A stretch of DNA of 64,000 bases from Felis catus (taxonomy: Eukaryota): assembly GCF_018350175.1 (NCBI RefSeq), contig NC_058383.1, positions 806,001-870,000 of the forward strand, in the 5' to 3' direction. Shown here piece by piece: positions 58,126 through 64,000 of the stretch; position 1 is the stretch's first letter, and the number at the start of each line of letters is the position of its first letter. Both the position numbers and the translations under genes were made by a program. Under the pieces are notes generated by a model, which saw only the letters and a list, made by a program, of their open reading frames with translations, made no database searches and had not been told where the DNA came from.

Positions 58126-61100
58126 CAGACTTTATTTTTTTGAAGTAGCTTAAGTTTCACAGACGTAAAGAGGAAGGCCCCGAGATTTTCCATGTACCTC
58201 CCTGCCCCTCACAGCCCTTTCTGGTACTTGCATCCCACGACAGAGGGGGGACTTGTTGAAATTGTACCTGCACGGACACATCACTCTCACCTGAAGTTCA
58301 TGGTTTACATTCAGGGTCACTTTTAATGCCATACATTTATAGGTTTAGACACACACACCTACCATTAGTCATTCAGAGTGGTTTCTGCCCTAAAAACCCT
58401 CTGTGCTCTGCCTGTTCGCCCCTCCCAACACCCAGCAGCCTTTTCACTCTGGGTAGCGTCCTCTGACGCAGAACTTAAAATTTTCACCAAGTCCGTTTGT
58501 TTCTCCTCCGTTCCCTGGGCCTTGCGTGTCCCAGCCACAGTCTTCGGCAGGTCCGGTGCTGGGAAGCTTTCACTCTGTGTCTTCTGCGAGTTTTACTGTT
58601 CTGGGGCTTACATTTAGGTCCTTGATCCACTTTGAGCTATTTTTTGTGTGCACGCGAGGTCGGGGTCCAGTGTCCCGTTTGTTGAAGAGACTGATCTTCC
58701 CATGAGTGGTCTTGTCACGCTGGTCAGATCTGTTTGACCCCCGTGTGCTCGGGCCTGTTTCTGGCTCTCTGTTCTGTTCCATGGGTCTTTGCTTGCGTGC
58801 GTGCGTGCGTGCGTGTGTGTGTGTGTCTTTGCCCACACCACACCGCTTTGAGCTCACGCGATCAGGAAACGTGAGCTCTCCGGTTTTGTTCTTGTTCAAG
58901 GTAGTTTTGGCTGTTTGAGTCTCTTGTAGTTCTGTATGAATTTTAGAGTGGGTTCTTCTTTTCTTGCAAAAACGTCCTTGAGATTTTGACAAGGACTGCA
59001 TTGATCCTGTAGATGGCATTGGAGGGTATTGGCATTTACACGGTATCACGTTTTCCAACCCGTGGACACGGAAAGCATTTCCATTTATTTGTGACTTCAG
59101 TGACTTTCAGTGTTTTATCATTTTCATTCATGAGTCGTTCAGCCTTTCAGTTAAAGCCAGTGCCTCAGTGTTTTATTCTTGTGGATGCTGCTGTGAATGG
59201 AATTGTTCTTGATATTTTTTCCGGTTATTTATTATTGGCGTAGAGAAATTCAACGGATCTCCACGTGCTTTGTATCCGCTCCTTTGCTGAATTCACTTGC
59301 TCCGACGGCTGTTTCGTGCAGCCCTTGGGGTTTTCGGCGTGGCAGGACCACGTCCTGCGCCAACACGGTGTTGCTGCTTCCTTTGCGCCGCGGGTGCCTT
59401 TTCCTTCTCTCTCTCCCTGCTTGCTCTGGCTGGAATTTCCAGTTCGGTGTGGAATGGAGGCGGCGAGGGCCTCCTCGCCTGTCTGCGCCTCGAGGAGGAG
59501 CTCTCAGGGTCTCGCCCCTGCGCATGACGTCCCCCGTGGGCTCTCCGGAGACGGCGGGGACCGTGTGGAGGTGGCTCCTCCCGTTCCCGGTTGGCTGAGT
59601 GCCGTGATGACCGCGTGGGGCCGGCCAGGGGCCGATCCCGCGTCCGTGGAGGTGGACGATCGCGTGGGTCTTCCCCCCTCTGCCCAGGGGCCGCGCCCCC
59701 CCCCCTCCCCCCCGCCGGCCTGTCGTGGGGAGCCCTCCTCGCGGTGCAGGCGCGAGGCCCCTCGGGGCGCGTCGTCCGTGCATGCGCTGTCGCGGTCTGT
59801 TTGCCGGCGCTCTGCTCGGGCGTTTGCATCAGCGCTCACGAGGGGTGGCGGTCCCCGATCTCCTCCCGGCGCCTTGGGCTTTGGTATGGGGGCTACGCCG
59901 GCCTCCTGGAAGGAGTCGGGACGCGCTCCCTCTTCCTCAGCGTTTCTGGAGAAGTCTGAGAAGGACCGGCGTGGGGTGTCCTTGAAGCGTTCGGCGGGCC
60001 TCGCCAGTGAGGCCGTCGGGACCAGGACTTTGCTCTGTTCGGGGGGCGGGGGTGTTTCCCGAGGGGGCTCCTGACTCGTTTACCGGCCCGTGCACACCGT
60101 GCATTTCTTCAAGGGTTCGTCTTGGCCGCTGTTAGATGCCAGGTTTCTGACCCGGCATCTCAAGGCCAGGCCTCCGCCCCTCGTCTGTCTAGCCTGGCGG
60201 CCCCAGGCCTCAACACCACGTGCCGTCGCCTTCACTGGGGTCCCATGTCAACTTCGACCTCCACCGGGGCAGGGACCATTGTAGCCCTTCATCTGAGAGT
60301 GGCTTTTACGAGCCTCGATGTGCTGCTACTTTTGAGCGGGTAGGTGTTGCCTCGTGGAGTTCGTATTCGCCAGCACGCACCGAAATCCGCCTTGCCGCTC
60401 AGACTTCTTCCCTTCCTCAGCTTCCTTCTGGAAGTAACTGCAAAAACACACAGATGGCTGTTGTGTGCCCTGGCGACGTATCCTCCACACTGACCGCGCC
60501 TGGTTCTTGATGGAGCTGAGGCTGCCCCAGGTGCCGGGCTCAGCCGCGGGCTCGTCCCGCAAAGCTCCGTGACCCTGCCCCCGTCCTGCTGTCCGAATCC
60601 ACATGGCACCCTGCCTCGTCGGTCCCTCGGGCTTGGGCTGGGTGGACGTTTGCCATTTTGATGCACGTGGGCCAAACCGTGGAAAGGTCTTCCTGAGACT
60701 GTGTGGAAAGGCGTCTCCTGGGGAACACGGTTTGACTTTCTCGTTGTAAACTGTGTGTCTGGCGTCCGGATTTGTGCCAGGGAAGGCGGGGGGTGGAGAC
60801 CCACCTTCCTTCCTGTGCCAGCTGCGTGTAGGTGCACTGTGGTTTCACCCGGGCCTGGGGGCTGCATGTTTGCATCTGTCGGGCCTGACGTCCAGCCTCC
60901 GTCCTCGCCATGCGGTCCTCATACTTCGTGCTCGCTCGTTTCCCACCAGAACTTCAGAGTCGGCCCTTCCGGCGCCCAGAGTGCTGCTGGTGTGTTCGTT
61001 GGACCCGGGTTAGTGGCAGATCGGGGACGATTCTGCACCTTCGTGGCAGTCTGTCCCGAGAACGTCGTTCCCGTGTGCGTGTGTTCTTACTTTCTCGGTG

Positions 61101-61523
61101 GCTTGGCTTCGAGGACTTTGTAAACTGCTGACCCTGTGGTGACACAGTAGTGGTTCCGTGGGTGAGATCAGAGTGAGGCAAAGTGTCCGTGGTGACCGCG
61201 TCAGTGGGCGACAGCCATTAACGTCTCCGCGTGTGGCCCTGGGGTCTCTGACGCATCCCGACCCGTTTCTGGATACCTTTAAGTCAGCACGTGTGTAATC
61301 TACGGCCTCGTGTCGGTGGATGGTGACGTCCCTGTGACCGCGGGTTACTGACAACTCCGAGGGCTCCGGGCACAGGCATCCGCGTTCCCAGGGACGCGTG
61401 GTGGGGCCCCCGCGCCTCCCGTCCGGGCCCTGGGACGCGGTGCCGTGGAAGGTGGGGTTCCCCGGGCAGGGGTGCCGGCAACGCGGGGCCGCTGTGCCTC
61501 ACGGCGCCTGCGTTTGCTTCCAG

Positions 61524-61609
61524 GGAACCTTCTGAGCAGCCTCATGGGCGCCTCGGAGCAGGAGGGCGAGGACAGTCAGGACGACAGCAGCCCCATCGAG
61601 CTCGACTGA
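61524..61609 (+). CDS. GET4: GET4 exon 9, last coding exon ([28 protein letters not shown])
   Basis: ttccag acceptor; C-terminal PIELD; TGA at 61607-61609; total CDS 981 nt. Confidence 0.95.
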
Positions 61610-61775
61610 CCCCGCCCGGCGGCCCGCACGAAGCCGCCCCGAGCCCGGGCCCCCACGCCCGGGGGCTCCCGGTCCGCGGCTGCCGTGGCCGCGTTGGCGT
61701 CTGCGCGCCCGCCCCGGGCTGCGCCTCCGCCGCGGCTGTGCTGGCTGGGCCGCGCTGCACCTCCAGACTGACCAC

Positions 61776-61781
61776 AATAAA
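61776..61781 (+). terminator. GET4: GET4 proximal polyadenylation signal AATAAA
   Basis: Canonical hexamer about 170 nt after the stop, with a GT-rich tract (tgtgtctggtttg) downstream. Confidence 0.6.
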
Positions 61782-62309
61782 GCACGGGCCTTGCCGCGCT
61801 CCCACCCTCTCCCTGTCCTCTGTGTCTGGTTTGCTTCGGGAGGCCCCCTGGCGTTGGCGTGGGGGGTGGCCGCCGCCCAGCCAGCACCACCTGGACGTCC
61901 TGCGGTGGCCCGGCCACCGGTGTCCCGGAGAGCATCGGGGCGGCTGCTCTGTGCCAAATCCCGAGGCCACGGCCGCTCGGGACGGGCCTCGCGAGGGGAT
62001 CGGGAGTCCTTTCCACGTCTCGAAAGGCGGTATTTATTTTCATTGGGTGGTTGATTCCTCTGACCTGACGTTTTAGGGTTTAACCGAACAGCCAGTCCGG
62101 GAGTGAGCGGATCTGCCCTTTCTCGCTGATGCCAGACCCGGTGTTCCCAGGGCGATTACAAGAGGGGAGACACTTTATTTTTTCACAATTTAAAATAAGA
62201 GTTGTAGATTAATACACAGTGATCATGCATGGCGAGGCGTAAGATACACACACTTTTATTGACTGTAAGACGAAGTTTAAAGGAAGGTCTGTGTTAATCG
62301 TTGAGTTTA

Positions 62310-62315
62310 AATAAA
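62310..62315 (+). terminator. GET4: GET4 distal polyadenylation signal AATAAA
   Basis: Hexamer ending an AT-rich UTR block (about 62170-62330). Confidence 0.55.
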
Positions 62316-64000
62316 TCCTTTATACTGGGTTTTGCCGTGCTCGTCCTTTCTGAGTGCGCGGCGGGGAGCGGCTGCCGGGTCCGGCCTGGCCAGGGCTGTC
62401 TGGACCGTGCCCACGTGGGTGCTGTGGATGGCCACGCGCGGCCGGTCGCGGCAGGTCTCATGGCTCTTGTGCAGACGTGGCGGTGCGTACGCAGATGTGG
62501 AGACACCACGGACAGGCCGTGCCGAGGCCCCCCGGCTGCCCGGCGTGGCTCTCCGGAGCAGGTGGTGGTACAGGTTGGCTCTGAAGTGCAGGGTCCAAGC
62601 CCACCACGGGCGCCTGGCTCCTGCCGTGACGTTTGTTCCGGAACTGCAACGCGCGCCCAGCGCGGTCGGCGTGAGGGGAGTTTGAGCGGCACGGCGGTTT
62701 TTCTGTGCGGTTCTGCCGGGAGGCACGGCACCCCTGTACAGCTGCTTCCTGCCTGCGCCCACGTCCCCCGGCGGTGGCGTCTGCCTGGACCCTCAGCACA
62801 CGGAGACCCGCGTCCCCCGTGGGTGCGGCCCTTTTACCGGGCAGTTGGGAGCGGCGCCTGCAGCCGGGCGGGCCTTGTATCCCCACGTCTCCGCTGTACG
62901 GCACGAGGGAGCAGAGGCCACCACGACCACCAGCCCCGAGCCGGCCTCTAGCCCAGCACCCGGACTACGAGCGGCCCGTCACCCGGACGTCTGTGAGGTA
63001 AGCTCGGTGACACCCTTTGTGGACCATGAGTTTCCTACCTTGTTTCGGAAATTGTTCCCGCCAGTGGTGAAGTTGTTTCTCGTTGAAACGGGCGCAACGC
63101 CTCTGCCTCCGGGCCAAGAGAGGGTCTAGACTACCAGTCCCAGAGGACTTGTGGCCTGGGCCGCTGGCCACTCGGGGAGGGGACCACGAGGTTACCCGTT
63201 CCACCTTGGAGGAGACTCCTCGTTTCCTTGGGGAAGACGGGCCAGTGACGGTGGCTTATGGTGTGGCGGCACAGCTGGGGAGGAGCGGGGCCAGTGGATG
63301 GTCTCTCCTGGGGCAGGTGGGGTCTCTGGGACTCTGGCAGTGGCCCTGGCTGACCTCTGGCTGGCCTCACCCCCAGCCCAGCTGTCTGGGGGACCCCTAC
63401 CCCGCAGCCTCTGTGCAGTAGGGTCAGGGTTGAGACGGCGGGGGGCGTGGTGCAGCCTCGTACTCCCTCTTGACCCTGCAGCCGCGCCCTTTCGGGTGTG
63501 CAGGGGTCCGAGCTGGCGGGCCGTGTGCTCAGATGCAGAGGGGAGAACAGGTGGTGGGAGCCCGGCCCACGAGGACAGGCAGAGGCCCTCGGACACCCTT
63601 TCCCTGGAGGTGTCCCCACTTCCTGCCATGTGCCTGAGGCCAGTGGGTAGATCTTCCTGGCGCCCAGAGCCCCCCCCTCCCCCCCAGCCTCTGACACCAG
63701 TGGCCACTTTAGGATAGGATGTGAGGGTTGGTGTGATGGGTCAGGACACCCTCCCTTGGGGACTGTCTTCCGGTCCCCTCAAGGGCTGGTCCAGGCAGGA
63801 CAGGGGTGAGGGGCACCCGGATCACCCAGCTGGTAGCCCGTGCCCTGCACATGCTCCTCTGTCCCCCCCACCAAGGGTGGGCAGAGCCAGGGCGCCCGGG
63901 GACGAGGCTCGGCGGCTGTAACTACCATCTGGCCAATGGCACACTGGGGTCCTGTGGGGGGCAAGCGCTGCCTCCGTCTTCCAGGCGGCGGGGTGGGTCA

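Larger units (their letters stand above)
56345..60070 (-). mobile_element. Old L1M (L1MB-like) remnant: 3' UTR plus ORF2 3' half, interrupted by a VNTR, a SINE and a second L1 3' fragment (about 58135-58440)
   Basis: 3' end ttgtggtaaaacacac...ttcacgctgctgtgcagccatc; minus-strand translation near 58600 KNSSKWIKDLNVSPRTVKL and SLFNK matches the L1 ORF2 C-terminal region. Confidence 0.8.

Noticed and set aside
59250..60074. 269-aa and 177/178-aa ORFs
   Set aside because: Stop-poor because of high GC; the underlying sequence is decayed antisense L1.
62330..64000. 3' end of ADAP1, expected downstream on the minus strand from human synteny
   Set aside because: No ADAP1 coding sequence or clear minus-strand poly(A) signal is recognisable in this part of the window.

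Overview
Mammalian genomic DNA, almost certainly felid: it is dense in tRNA-derived carnivore SINEs of the SINEC_Fc type and is GC/CpG-rich. It holds two tandem + strand multi-exon genes that I reconstructed exon by exon from splice sites and reading phase. SUN1 (inner nuclear membrane LINC-complex protein) has 22 coding exons, ATG 2014 to TAA 38807, 2781 nt or 926 aa if all cassette exons are used, and one GC-AG intron. GET4 (BAG6/UBL4A/GET4 tail-anchored protein targeting complex) has 9 exons, ATG 42343 to TGA 61609, 981 nt or 326 aa. The SUN1-GET4 order matches human 7p22.3. Introns carry about 26 SINEs (some nested or in inverted pairs), a near full-length Tigger1, a Tigger2a-like MITE, old L1 fragments and four tandem repeats. 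Most ORFs in the six-frame track are GC-rich noise. I found no convincing new biological system. The most unusual signals are (1) old transposons rewritten AT->GC into CpG-rich tracts, suggesting GC-biased gene conversion, (2) a 61-bp minisatellite born from such a rewritten L1 3' UTR, (3) a four-E-box GET4 promoter with a look-alike module in intron 1, and (4) an open frame with phase-0 acceptors upstream of GET4. Comparisons with orthologues and repeat consensus sequences are from memory and need confirming by alignment. Repeat boundaries are approximate.
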